Shown in pieces: positions 17,133-26,773 of a DNA stretch of 47,013 nt. The DNA comes from an uncultured Bacilli bacterium (lineage in GTDB: Bacteria > Bacillota_I > Bacilli_A > RFN20 > CAG-826). Below the pieces are notes generated by a model. It saw only the letters and a program-made list of their open reading frames with translations. It did no database searches and was not told the DNA's origin. Numbering within the stretch: the stretch's first letter is position 1; each line of letters starts with the position of its first letter. A program made the translations under genes and the position numbers. Location: positions 1 to 47,013 of the forward strand of contig CANQQL010000003.1 in assembly GCA_947625975.1 (NCBI GenBank). The letters are read 5' to 3'.

Positions 17133-19187
17133 ATGCTGGAAAAATTTTGTCCTGAGGCACAGAGAATTATTTCTTCTGCTGAATCTCTGTCCTTTGATTT
17201 ATCACACAATTCTATAGCAAATGAGCATTTTTTATTAGCCGTGTTAAAAATACCGGATAATTTATTAACTACAATGCTTAAAAAATATGGAGTTACATTT
17301 AGAAATGTTGTAAACGAAATAAAAAACTATGAAGTAGAAGAAAAGCAAGAAATATTCTTTATGGAATATGATGAAAGTTTTAAAAAGTTGCTTGAAGATG
17401 CTCAAACAATTAGTAAAGAATATAAAGAAGAAAAGGTTTCAGTTAATTCTATGCTCATTTCCTTTTTAAAAAATTTAAATGGAATATGCAAGGAAATATT
17501 TAATAAAAATCATATTGATACTGCAGCAATCTTAGCTACATTAATAAAAAGTCAAAAAAAACATAGTGAATTAGATAAAATAATGGATTTACATGATTTA
17601 TCGAAGATAAAAAAAGATCCCTTGATTGGTAGGAAAAAAGAATTGCAACAACTTATATTAGCTTTAAGAAGAAGAAATAAACCAAATGCTATATTGGTAG
17701 GTGCACCCGGAGTCGGAAAAACAGCAATCGTGGAAGAATTAGCACGATTAATTGCGGAAAATAAAATCTCTGGTTTAGAAAATAAAAGGATATATGAATT
17801 AGATATCGCATCTGTAGTCGGGGGCACTAAATACAGGGGTGAGTTTGAGGATAAGCTAAAAAAAATAATTAAAAGCGTCAATGAAGATGGGAATGCCATA
17901 CTTTTTATAGATGAAATTCACAATATAATTAAAGCTGGAGGCGCAGAAGGCGCGATTGATGCCAGCAATATATTAAAACCATATTTATCACGCGGAGAAA
18001 TACAAATTATTGGTGCTACGACTAATGATGAGTATAATGATATATTTCTGAAAGATAAAGCCTTAAACAGAAGATTTCAAATAGTTTTTGTAGATCCATC
18101 TAGCAAAGAGGAAACCTTAGATATTTTAACTAATTTAAAGCCTATTTACGAAGATTATTACAAAATAAAAATAGATGATGATATAACAAAATACATAGTG
18201 GAAATGGCTGATGAATTTATTCCAAATCAATCTTTTCCGGATAAGGCCATAGATATTTTAGATAATAGCTGTGTAATGAGTAGCAAGAATCTAACAAAAA
18301 ACGATATTAATAAAATGATTGAAAAATTTTATAATGTTTCAATTGTCAAAGAACCAAAAGCTTTAAAAGTAAAAAAACAATTAGAAAATGAAATATTTGG
18401 TCAGGAAGACGCTATTGAAACAATATATAAGGCTTTACTATCTATAGAATATGGATTAATAAATGAAAATGCTCCACTAGTGACCATGCTTTTTGTTGGA
18501 CCAAGCGGAGTAGGAAAAACAGAAAGTGCAAAGATTATTGCTAAAGAATATTACCAAAGTAGCGAAGCATTAATTAAGCTTGATATGGCCTGCTATCAGG
18601 ATCATACCGCAATTAATAAACTAATAGGTGCAGCACCTGGATATCAAGGTAGTGATAACCCAACAAGTTTTGTTAGGCAAATAAAAAAACATCCAAATTC
18701 TGTCGTGTTATTAGATGAAATCGATAAGGCAAGTGCAGATGTTTTAGATTTCTTTTTAAATGTTTTTGATGAGGGCTATTTTGTTGATGCACATAATAAT
18801 ATCGTAAACTGCCGAAATGTTATGTTTTTAATGACAAGTAATTTAGAAAGTGAAAGTGCCTTGACAAAAATGAATTTTGATATAGGTCAAAGTAAAGAAA
18901 AAAAGCAAGCAAATCACGCCTTCAAAGACTTGTTAAGCCAATATAGAAGTGAGTTTTTAAACAGAATTAATTATGTAGTGGAATTTAAACCTCTTGATAT
19001 CGATACAGCGCAAATGATATGTCAAAAATATGCAGAAAAAAAGCCGTTTAGTAATGAAACAACTTTAGAAATAAATAAAAAGTTGTTAGAAAGCAAAAAC
19101 GAAATTAAATCTTCAGGAGCACGGTGTGTTAGTCGCATAATTCTAGATGCCTTATTAGAAGATATAAATAAAAAAAATCGAGTTTAG
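17133..19187 (+). CDS. clpC: ClpC/ClpA-type Hsp100 ATPase subunit, shortened
   Basis: Clp_N repeats (EHFLL), NBD1 GAPGVGKT and FIDEIH, GTKYRGEFE, NBD2 GPSGVGKT and LLDEIDK; 684 aa. Confidence 0.85.
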   Translation: MLEKFCPEAQRIISSAESLSFDLSHNSIANEHFLLAVLKIPDNLLTTMLKKYGVTFRNVVNEIKNYEVEEKQEIFFMEYDESFKKLLEDAQTISKEYKEEKVSVNSMLISFLKNLNGICKEIFNKNHIDTAAILATLIKSQKKHSELDKIMDLHDLSKIKKDPLIGRKKELQQLILALRRRNKPNAILVGAPGVGKTAIVEELARLIAENKISGLENKRIYELDIASVVGGTKYRGEFEDKLKKIIKSVNEDGNAILFIDEIHNIIKAGGAEGAIDASNILKPYLSRGEIQIIGATTNDEYNDIFLKDKALNRRFQIVFVDPSSKEETLDILTNLKPIYEDYYKIKIDDDITKYIVEMADEFIPNQSFPDKAIDILDNSCVMSSKNLTKNDINKMIEKFYNVSIVKEPKALKVKKQLENEIFGQEDAIETIYKALLSIEYGLINENAPLVTMLFVGPSGVGKTESAKIIAKEYYQSSEALIKLDMACYQDHTAINKLIGAAPGYQGSDNPTSFVRQIKKHPNSVVLLDEIDKASADVLDFFLNVFDEGYFVDAHNNIVNCRNVMFLMTSNLESESALTKMNFDIGQSKEKKQANHAFKDLLSQYRSEFLNRINYVVEFKPLDIDTAQMICQKYAEKKPFSNETTLEINKKLLESKNEIKSSGARCVSRIILDALLEDINKKNRV

Positions 19188-19207
19188 ATCTCTAAACTCT
19201 TTTTTTT
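19180..19207 (+). terminator. Intrinsic terminator after clpC
   Basis: GAGTTTAG-ATCT-CTAAACTC followed by T8. Confidence 0.85.
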
Positions 19208-19252
19208 GCAAGTTTGCTTACTATATTATTTATGACGGCAATAAAAACTTAC

Positions 19253-19281
19253 TTTACAATTTGCCATTGATAAGATATAAT
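19253..19281 (+). promoter_or_regulatory. sigmaA promoter of the rpsF operon
   Basis: TTTACA-N17-TATAAT. Confidence 0.7.
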
Positions 19282-19311
19282 CTTATCGATAGAGTGAAGG
19301 CTATCTTAATT

Positions 19312-19362
19312 ACTGCTCTCTGCTATATACAAAAATATAGCCAGATTGACCATAGGGAGGTG
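19312..19362 (+). ncRNA. S6:S18 ribosomal protein leader (cis-regulatory RNA)
   Basis: CTCTCT can pair with the RBS AGGGAG; inner hairpin GCTATAT-ACAAAA-ATATAGC; linker CCAGATTGACC; same layout as the Bacillus S6:S18 leader as I recall it. Confidence 0.7.
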
Positions 19363-19368
19363 TACTAA

Positions 19369-19656
19369 ATGCGTAAGTACGAAATCATGTATATTCTTAT
19401 GCCACAGCTTAGCGATGAAGATCGTAAGAATGAAATCGAAAAATTAAACAAGATCTTAACAGACAATGGTGCAAAAGTTAACGATGTTAATGAATGGGGA
19501 CTTCGTGAGTTAGCTTATGAGATTAAAGACCAGATTAAAGGTTATTATGTTGTTTTAAAAGTTGAAGCAGATACTGTTGCAACTAAAGAATTCGATCGTT
19601 TAGTCAAAATTGACAACAACGTTATTCGTCATATTATTGTCGTTGATAAAGAATAA
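19369..19656 (+). CDS. rpsF: 30S ribosomal protein S6
   Basis: MRKYEIMYI, WGLRELAYEI, VIRHIIV. Confidence 0.98.
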   Translation: MRKYEIMYILMPQLSDEDRKNEIEKLNKILTDNGAKVNDVNEWGLRELAYEIKDQIKGYYVVLKVEADTVATKEFDRLVKIDNNVIRHIIVVDKE

Positions 19657-19679
19657 TTTTAAAACAAGGAGAAAATGTT

Positions 19680-20120
19680 ATGATTAATCGTGTAGTTTTA
19701 GTTGGACGCTTGACTCGTGATCCGGAATTAAGAAAAACCGCTCAAAATGGTACTTCTGTTGCTTCCTTCACAGTAGCAGTTGATAATCGAAGAGGATCAA
19801 ATGGAGAAAAGTCTACAAGTTTCATTCCATGCATTGCGTGGAGAGATATTGCAGACTCAGTTTCTAAATTTACACATAAGGGATCTCTTGTTGGCGTAGA
19901 AGGGCGTTTAACACAACGCACCTATGTAAATAAGGAAGGGAAAAATATTTCAATTTTCGAAGTAATATGTGATACGGTCCAATTTTTAGAGCCGAAATCT
20001 AACAATGTAGAAAATGAACCGCTTGATCCGGTATTCCCTGAAGAGACTATAGAAGAATCAAATAACGACAATAAAAATCTTAATACGGTAGACATCGCTG
20101 ATGATGATTTGCCATTCTAA
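19680..20120 (+). CDS. ssb: Single-stranded DNA-binding protein
   Basis: MINRVVLVGRLTRDPELR, C-terminal DDDLPF. Confidence 0.98.
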   Translation: MINRVVLVGRLTRDPELRKTAQNGTSVASFTVAVDNRRGSNGEKSTSFIPCIAWRDIADSVSKFTHKGSLVGVEGRLTQRTYVNKEGKNISIFEVICDTVQFLEPKSNNVENEPLDPVFPEETIEESNNDNKNLNTVDIADDDLPF

Positions 20121-20148
20121 TTTATAAAAGAAGAAAGGTTGGAAAATT

Positions 20149-20376
20149 ATGGGTTATAAGAAAATGAGACCTAGAAAAAAGGTTTGTAATTTTTGTAAAA
20201 ACAAAAGTACTCACATTGATTTTAAAGATGTTGAAATGCTAAAGCATTATATTTCTTTGAATGGAAAAATTTCGCCACGTCGTACAACAGGAACATGTGC
20301 AAAGCATCAAAGAGAGATTGCAATAGCAATAAAAAATGCTCGTTTTATGGCATTATTACCATATATAGTTGAGTAA
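20149..20376 (+). CDS. rpsR: 30S ribosomal protein S18 (zinc-binding type)
   Basis: [30 protein letters not shown]. Confidence 0.98.
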   Translation: MGYKKMRPRKKVCNFCKNKSTHIDFKDVEMLKHYISLNGKISPRRTTGTCAKHQREIAIAIKNARFMALLPYIVE

Positions 20377-20379
20377 TTT

Positions 20380-21378
20380 GTGAGATTAAAAATGGCTTCC
20401 AAAATAGTAGGAGGCCATTTTGTTTATATGGAGAAAAATATGAAGAAAACAAGATATATAACTGACGCTGCAATGATCAGCGCAGTTGTGGCAGTATTAC
20501 TTTTAATAAATAATGCAACAGGACAATTATTAGTGGTAAATTTTTCTTTTCTCTTGCCTGTTCCTGTTACTTTGTATGGCTTAAAATATGATTATAAAAA
20601 AGCGTTTTTGCCAGCATTCGCTATTATATGCATCAGCTTGATTATAAATTGGTTGATAGGATTGTTGTATGTGTTGCCTGCTATGCTTGTTTCGGTTTTG
20701 TATACACTAATCATAAATAAGTTTCAATATAAAATAGGAATAAAAGTTGGATGTATGTTTATTGGCTCATTACTTGTCAACGTTTTAACTACAGTTATAT
20801 TTTCAAAAGCATTATTCGGGTACACAATCATTGAAGATATGACAAATTTGGCAAATAATACAGTTGATTTATTGACAAAAGTGGGCTTGGTTAATGATTT
20901 TTTTAACAACTCAATAAGAGCAATTTTAATTAGTATAATACCTGCGATTATTGCTATAAATAGCCTGATGGAGGCAATCTTGACTTATCTTTTTATTTCC
21001 ATATTGGCACAAAGAATATTAAAAATAAATTTAGGAGCTAATTTATTAACTTTAAATATAAGAGTTCCTTCTATAGTTACTTTTGTGCTGATGCCCCTAG
21101 CGTTAGCAAGTTTATTCTTTTTCAATCAAATTGTTGAATATGATAAATTTGGATTTGTTCAGATCCTTGTTACGGTTGGGCTTAATATATTGGTCGTGTT
21201 ATGTTTAGCTTATCTTCTTGAAGCGATAGTTATAATAAGTTTTTATGCAACAAAAACAAGAAAAACATACTTATTGTTATTAGCATTCTTATTTATTATC
21301 TTTTGCCCTTTTGTCTTAATGGTAATAGGTTTTATTGATTCGGTTTTTGATTTGCGAAGAAAAATTATTTTTAAATAA
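20380..21378 (+). CDS. YybS/DUF2232 family membrane protein (true start probably near 20428-20440)
   Basis: Multi-TM, C-terminal IGFIDSVFDLRRK, upstream of gdpP as in Bacilli. Confidence 0.8.
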   Translation: MRLKMASKIVGGHFVYMEKNMKKTRYITDAAMISAVVAVLLLINNATGQLLVVNFSFLLPVPVTLYGLKYDYKKAFLPAFAIICISLIINWLIGLLYVLPAMLVSVLYTLIINKFQYKIGIKVGCMFIGSLLVNVLTTVIFSKALFGYTIIEDMTNLANNTVDLLTKVGLVNDFFNNSIRAILISIIPAIIAINSLMEAILTYLFISILAQRILKINLGANLLTLNIRVPSIVTFVLMPLALASLFFFNQIVEYDKFGFVQILVTVGLNILVVLCLAYLLEAIVIISFYATKTRKTYLLLLAFLFIIFCPFVLMVIGFIDSVFDLRRKIIFK

Positions 21379-21565
21379 AGTTGATAGAAAAAAATTACAT
21401 TGATTTTACTAAAAGGTATTTCAGAAAAATCTTATCTAAATAAATTATGTATTGGCGAACCTAAAATATTTTCTTGACTTTTTAATATTTGAAACACGAA
21501 TTGTGTTAAATCTATCGATTTTTTACTTTTATTTATTGTATAATAAATAAGATTGAGGTGATTGT

Positions 21566-23581
21566 ATGTTAAAAACAATTAAATCATTGAGAGTTAGAAT
21601 CATAACATTGTTAATGGTTGAATTGCTATTAATTGTAGGCTTTTTTGTGTTATGGTTTTATAACATTTGGGGTCTACAAGATATCGTCAATATCATAATG
21701 GTTACGATTGGAACTCTAGTGATAGTTTTAATTAATGCTATTGCGTTTATAGCTGTTTTTTCTTCAATTAGCAAAAAAAGACATACTACAGATCTGAAAG
21801 CAGCTAATCTTATTGGAATCGATATGCAAGAAGCATATAATTTCGGAATGATTGGTTTATTAGTTGTAGATGAAAACGATACAATTATTTGGACAAATGA
21901 ACTATTTTCTGATCGACAAATAAATATTATGGACAATAATATTTTTGAATGGCAACCGAGATTACGTTCATTAAAAGAAAATCCCGATTCCGAAGCAAAT
22001 GCTAAAATCGAAATTAATAGTCATATTTACGAAGTGAAATATTTAAGAGATGCTATGTTATATATTTTTAAAGATATAACTTTAGCAGAATCTTATTATA
22101 ACTATTCTCAAGATCATGCTCCGGTTGTGGGATATTTAATGCTTGATAATTATGCAGATGTATCTATAAATGTTGATGAAAGCTCCGACCAAGTAGCAGA
22201 TGTGCGTAAAGCGATTAATGACTTTGCCGCAAAGCATAATGCACTATTGAGAAGATATAGAACAGATGCATATATTATTTTGTTATTTTATAAAGATTTT
22301 GAAATGATGCGCGATATTGATAAATTCTCGATACTTGATAAAGTACGTGAGTTAAGTATGCATCAAGAAACGCCTTTAACATTGTCCATGGGATTTGCGC
22401 TTGGTTTTCCAGATGTTGTAAAACTAAATGAGATGGCTGCATCAACAATAGATATAGCAATGTCCAGAGGCGGAGATCAAGTGGTAGTATCTAAATATGG
22501 GGAAGATTTAGCATTTTATGGCGGAAAATCTGAAGCACAAGAAAGACATAACAAGGTAAAGGCCAGAGTAAATGCCGATACTTTAGTGGCACATATAAAT
22601 CGAGCATCAAACGTAATTATTATGGGTCACAAGGATAGTGACTTAGATTCTATGGGCTCTTCATTAGGCATTAAAGCTATTTGTGACAGCTTAAAAAAGC
22701 CGGCTTCCGTTGTTTTCGATCCAAAATCAATTGAATCTAAAACGAAAAATGCTATAACGACCTTATTTTCTCGTGAAGATATTAATAAAATAATGGTTAC
22801 TCCCCATGATGTTATGGATAAGTTAAAAACCAATACTTTAGTAATTGTTACGGATGTCCATAAACCATCCATGACATTATGTCCGAAATTATTAGAAGAA
22901 GCAAATACTATTGCAGTAATTGATCATCATCGACGAGCTGGAGAATTTATTGAAAATAGTGCATTTAGTTATATTGAACCTTCGGCATCATCTGCGAGTG
23001 AATTAATTACTGAACTAATTCAATATTCCTCAGTTAATCCTAAAATTGAATTACCTGCAGATTTTGCAACGTTTATGTTAGCAGGTATTTATCTTGATAC
23101 TAACTTTTTTAGAACTAAAACAACTGGTATCGGAACTTTTTCTGCCGCAATGCTTTTAAAAGAATTTGGTGCAGATAATACATTGGCGGATAGTTTTTTG
23201 AAAGACGAATTTGAAGAATATTCTTTAAAAACAAAAATTATGAACAATTCCAGTATTCCTTACTTTGGAGTGGTTGTTTCCTTGGCGGATCAAAAGGATA
23301 TAATTGAACCGGCAACACTTGCAAAAGTGGCAAACCAAACACTGCAAATTAGAGGTGTGAATGCTTGTTTTGTTATAGGTAGAACAAGTGAAAAAGAAGT
23401 GCGTATTTCAGCAAGAAGTGATGGAACGATAAATGTTCAATCATTAATGGAAAAAATTGGTGGCGGAGGACATTTTGCGATGGCAGCAGCCAGTTTTGAA
23501 AACATAACTATTGAAGAAGTTAATCAAAAGTTACTTGAGACACTTGAGCAGTATTTAAATTATGCAAGAACTAATAAATAG
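21566..23581 (+). CDS. gdpP: Cyclic-di-AMP phosphodiesterase GdpP (TM-PAS-degenerate GGDEF-DHH/DHHA1)
   Basis: Two TMs, SRGGDQVV, MGHKDSDLDS, VIDHHRR, GGGGHFAMAA. Confidence 0.95.
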   Translation: MLKTIKSLRVRIITLLMVELLLIVGFFVLWFYNIWGLQDIVNIIMVTIGTLVIVLINAIAFIAVFSSISKKRHTTDLKAANLIGIDMQEAYNFGMIGLLVVDENDTIIWTNELFSDRQINIMDNNIFEWQPRLRSLKENPDSEANAKIEINSHIYEVKYLRDAMLYIFKDITLAESYYNYSQDHAPVVGYLMLDNYADVSINVDESSDQVADVRKAINDFAAKHNALLRRYRTDAYIILLFYKDFEMMRDIDKFSILDKVRELSMHQETPLTLSMGFALGFPDVVKLNEMAASTIDIAMSRGGDQVVVSKYGEDLAFYGGKSEAQERHNKVKARVNADTLVAHINRASNVIIMGHKDSDLDSMGSSLGIKAICDSLKKPASVVFDPKSIESKTKNAITTLFSREDINKIMVTPHDVMDKLKTNTLVIVTDVHKPSMTLCPKLLEEANTIAVIDHHRRAGEFIENSAFSYIEPSASSASELITELIQYSSVNPKIELPADFATFMLAGIYLDTNFFRTKTTGIGTFSAAMLLKEFGADNTLADSFLKDEFEEYSLKTKIMNNSSIPYFGVVVSLADQKDIIEPATLAKVANQTLQIRGVNACFVIGRTSEKEVRISARSDGTINVQSLMEKIGGGGHFAMAAASFENITIEEVNQKLLETLEQYLNYARTNK

Positions 23582-23592
23582 AGGTGAAATTC

Positions 23593-24042
23593 ATGAAAGT
23601 TATATTATTACAAGATGTAAAAAATGTTGGAAAAAAGGGGCAAACTATCGAAGTTAGTGATGGCTATGCAAATAACTTTCTTTTACCGCGACGATTAGGG
23701 GTAATTGCTACAAAAAGAAGTGTAGAAATATTAGATAAACAAAAAGAAGATGCTCGCTTACTAGATGAAAAATTAAAAAAAGAAGCTGAGATATTAAAAG
23801 AGAAATTATCGACAATTACATTAGAATTTTATGTAAAATCTGGTAAAGATGGGAAGTTATTTGGTTCTGTTTCTTCTAAGCAAATTGTCGAAGCTCTAAA
23901 AAATAAGTTTGACATAGTTGTTGATAAGAAAAAATTTATTGCCAAGGAAACTGTCAATACTTTAGGTGTAACAATTCTCAAAATTGAATTATATAAAGGC
24001 GTTATTGGCGATATAAAAGTGCATGTTATAGAAGCAAAGTAG
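23593..24042 (+). CDS. rplI: 50S ribosomal protein L9
   Basis: MKVILLQDVKNVGKKG, GYANNFL, GKLFGSV; GAGGTG RBS favours ATG 23593. Confidence 0.98.
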   Translation: MKVILLQDVKNVGKKGQTIEVSDGYANNFLLPRRLGVIATKRSVEILDKQKEDARLLDEKLKKEAEILKEKLSTITLEFYVKSGKDGKLFGSVSSKQIVEALKNKFDIVVDKKKFIAKETVNTLGVTILKIELYKGVIGDIKVHVIEAK

Positions 24043-24052
24043 GTGGAAATTA

Positions 24053-25507
24053 ATGGAGTATAAATTACCAAATGATATTTTAGTTGAAAAGTCACTTTTG
24101 GGAGCCATGCTAATTTCCGAACAAGCTTTGATTAACTGTTTAGGATCTCTTGTTGAAGATGATTTTTATGAGAAAAATATTGCTAATAGATTAGTTTTTC
24201 AAGCAATTAAACGCTTAACAGACAATCATGAAAAAGTTGACGTTGTAACTGTATATAATGAATTGGAAAATATGAAAAAGCATGATGTAGTAGGTGTTGA
24301 TTACTTGCAAGATCTTAGCGAAAATGCAATAGGTGTAACAAGCTTGGAACACTACATTAAAATGCTAAAAGATTGCACGCTTTTACGTTCACTTCTTATT
24401 AAAATGGAAGAAATAAAAGAAAGATATAATAAAGGAATCGACGGCACTGTTTCTGATTTCGTAGCACAATCAGGCGATCAAATTGCTTCAATAGTTGAGC
24501 AGAGAAGAGTAGCGGAGTTTATTCGCTTGAATGAATATGTGCAAAGGGTTAATAGTGACCTCTTAACTTATAAAGAGACAAGAGAAGATCATCTCATAGG
24601 AATAACCACGGGATTTAATAGATTAGACAATTTAACAAACGGATTTCAAAAAGAAAATATGATTGTGTTGGCCGCCCGACCATCGGTGGGGAAAACGGCT
24701 TTAGCGTTAAATTTTGCTCTTACTGCAGCAAAAAGTACTGGCAAAACAGTGGCGTTTTTCTCTTTAGAAATGTCAGGAGATCTTTTGACTAGGAGAATGC
24801 TTGCTATTGATTCCGGAGTCGAACTAAACAAAATCACTACAGGATATATCAATAAAGAAGATCGTTTAAAAATAAAAACAAGCGCGAATCGGTTGGCAAA
24901 CTATAATTTATTTATTGATGATACGCCATCTATTAAAATGTCCGACTTAATCACTAAGGCAAGAAAATTACAAAATAATCACAATGATTTAGCGATGATT
25001 TTAATAGATTATATAGGTTTAATTACTTCTAGTGAAAAACCTAAAGGAGATTTTAATCGTCAGTTAGAAGTTTCTGATTTTTCGCGAAAAATTAAAGATT
25101 TAGCAAGAACTTTAAAGGTTCCCGTTATTGTACTTTGCCAATTATCGCGAGATGTAGAAAAAAGAGAAAATAAAGAGCCGATTCTCTCTGATTTGCGTGA
25201 ATCAGGGGCAATTGAACAAGATGCTGATTTAGTAATCTTGTTGAGCCCGGATGGCACAAGGAGAAAAAAAGAAAGTGATAATAATGCAAAGCAAGATGAA
25301 AAAGAGGAAAAATCTTCTCCAAATACAAGCCAACTTGTGCGAGTAAATCTAGCAAAAAATAGAAATGGTCAAACTGATGTCATGACGTTGCTGTTTCAAA
25401 AACAATATTCGTTATTCTCCGAACTTACTGAAGAACAAAGACAAAAATTAGATGCATTAAGACAAGGTAAAATCACGCGTATTGATGAAGAATTAAAGGA
25501 TGATTAA
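24053..25507 (+). CDS. dnaB: Replicative DNA helicase (DnaC in Bacillus nomenclature)
   Basis: ARPSVGKT, FSLEM, IDYIGL, LCQLSR, DLRESGAIEQDAD, KNRNG; no intein. Confidence 0.97.
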   Translation: MEYKLPNDILVEKSLLGAMLISEQALINCLGSLVEDDFYEKNIANRLVFQAIKRLTDNHEKVDVVTVYNELENMKKHDVVGVDYLQDLSENAIGVTSLEHYIKMLKDCTLLRSLLIKMEEIKERYNKGIDGTVSDFVAQSGDQIASIVEQRRVAEFIRLNEYVQRVNSDLLTYKETREDHLIGITTGFNRLDNLTNGFQKENMIVLAARPSVGKTALALNFALTAAKSTGKTVAFFSLEMSGDLLTRRMLAIDSGVELNKITTGYINKEDRLKIKTSANRLANYNLFIDDTPSIKMSDLITKARKLQNNHNDLAMILIDYIGLITSSEKPKGDFNRQLEVSDFSRKIKDLARTLKVPVIVLCQLSRDVEKRENKEPILSDLRESGAIEQDADLVILLSPDGTRRKKESDNNAKQDEKEEKSSPNTSQLVRVNLAKNRNGQTDVMTLLFQKQYSLFSELTEEQRQKLDALRQGKITRIDEELKDD

Positions 25508-26267
25508 AAAAATGAAATATTATATTTTAGCCAGCGGATCTAAAGGCAACTCCGCGGTTTTTCAAACTAATGATGGGCATCTCTTACAAATTGATATGGG
25601 TGTAAGCTTAAAATATGAAAAAACACAGTTGGCGAAGTATTCAATAAATTTTAATGATATTGAAGCATTACTTGTTACCCACGAACATAGTGACCATATA
25701 AAAGGTATAAGTGCTTTTGATCCAAGCATTATATATTGCGCTAAAGGAACTTATGAAGTTCCAAAAGCTAATATTTTAGAGCATTATAAAGTTTACACAA
25801 TAGCGGGCTTTAAGATTACCATATTACCAACTTCTCACGATGCAATAAATCCCATTGGCTTTGTTTTAGAAGCTGATCAGGAAAAATTAATATACATGAC
25901 GGATACCGGATACATATCGCAGCGTAATTTAAATTACATGGAAAATCCAGATTATATTTGTATTGAAAGTAATCATAATGTAAAAATGCTTTTTGAAACA
26001 AATCGGCCGGCACAGTTAATTATGCGAATTATTGGCGATTATGGCCATTTATCTAACGAAGATTCAGCAATGTATATTTCAGAAATAATTGGAGATAAAA
26101 CTAAAGAAATTGTTTTAATGCATTTATCGGAAGAGGCAAACACTCATGATCTGGCAGTGAGCTCTTTTAAAAAAACATTACAGTCGCGAAAAATCGATAT
26201 TCATTCAATTTATATTCGAGCAGCATATCAATACGAATCAATATCTAGTCTGAAAGTAAAAATATGA
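25500..26267 (+). CDS. YycJ/WalJ-like metallo-beta-lactamase-fold hydrolase
   Basis: LASGSKGN, THEHSDH, SHDA, TDTG, ESNH, GHLSN, HLSEE. Confidence 0.88.
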   Translation: MIKKMKYYILASGSKGNSAVFQTNDGHLLQIDMGVSLKYEKTQLAKYSINFNDIEALLVTHEHSDHIKGISAFDPSIIYCAKGTYEVPKANILEHYKVYTIAGFKITILPTSHDAINPIGFVLEADQEKLIYMTDTGYISQRNLNYMENPDYICIESNHNVKMLFETNRPAQLIMRIIGDYGHLSNEDSAMYISEIIGDKTKEIVLMHLSEEANTHDLAVSSFKKTLQSRKIDIHSIYIRAAYQYESISSLKVKI

Positions 26268-26746
26268 AAATAAAGTTGATAACTGTTGGAAAGATAAAAG
26301 AGAAATTTTTCCAAGAGGCGATTGATGAATATACAAAAAGATTAAAAGGATACTGTAACTTAGAATTTGTAGAGGTCAGCGACGAAATCATAAAAAAGAA
26401 TACTAACGAAAGTTTAAATATGCAAATAAAAGAAAAAGAGGGAGAGAAAATTCTCGCTAAAATAAAAGAGCAAGAATATGTAATACTTTTAGACTTAAAC
26501 GATAGCAAAGAGTTTTCCTCTAACGATTTTGCCAAACATCTAGATGCCTTATTAACAAATGGAAAAAGTTCAATAACTTTTGTTATCGGAGGATCTTTGG
26601 GATTAGGTGAAAATATAAGAAAAAGAGGTAATGAAAAGCTTCTTTTATCAAAAATGACCTTTACGCATCAAATGGCCAAAATTATTTTATTAGAACAACT
26701 ATTTCGAGCATTTAAAATACTGAATAATGAAACTTATCATAAATAA
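26264..26746 (+). CDS. rlmH: 23S rRNA (pseudouridine1915-N3)-methyltransferase
   Basis: MKIKLITVGK, FVIGGSLG, MTFTHQ, EQLFRA, YHK. Confidence 0.97.
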   Translation: MKIKLITVGKIKEKFFQEAIDEYTKRLKGYCNLEFVEVSDEIIKKNTNESLNMQIKEKEGEKILAKIKEQEYVILLDLNDSKEFSSNDFAKHLDALLTNGKSSITFVIGGSLGLGENIRKRGNEKLLLSKMTFTHQMAKIILLEQLFRAFKILNNETYHK

Positions 26747-26773
26747 AAATTAGCGAAATTCTCGCTAATTTTT
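26745..26773. terminator. Bidirectional terminator between rlmH and galT
   Basis: AAAAATTAGCGA-AATTC-TCGCTAATTTTT. Confidence 0.85.

Noticed and set aside
24053-25507. Intein or other insertion in dnaB
   Set aside because: Length is normal and the motifs are contiguous; the only extra segment is a short charged low-complexity loop near the C-terminus.
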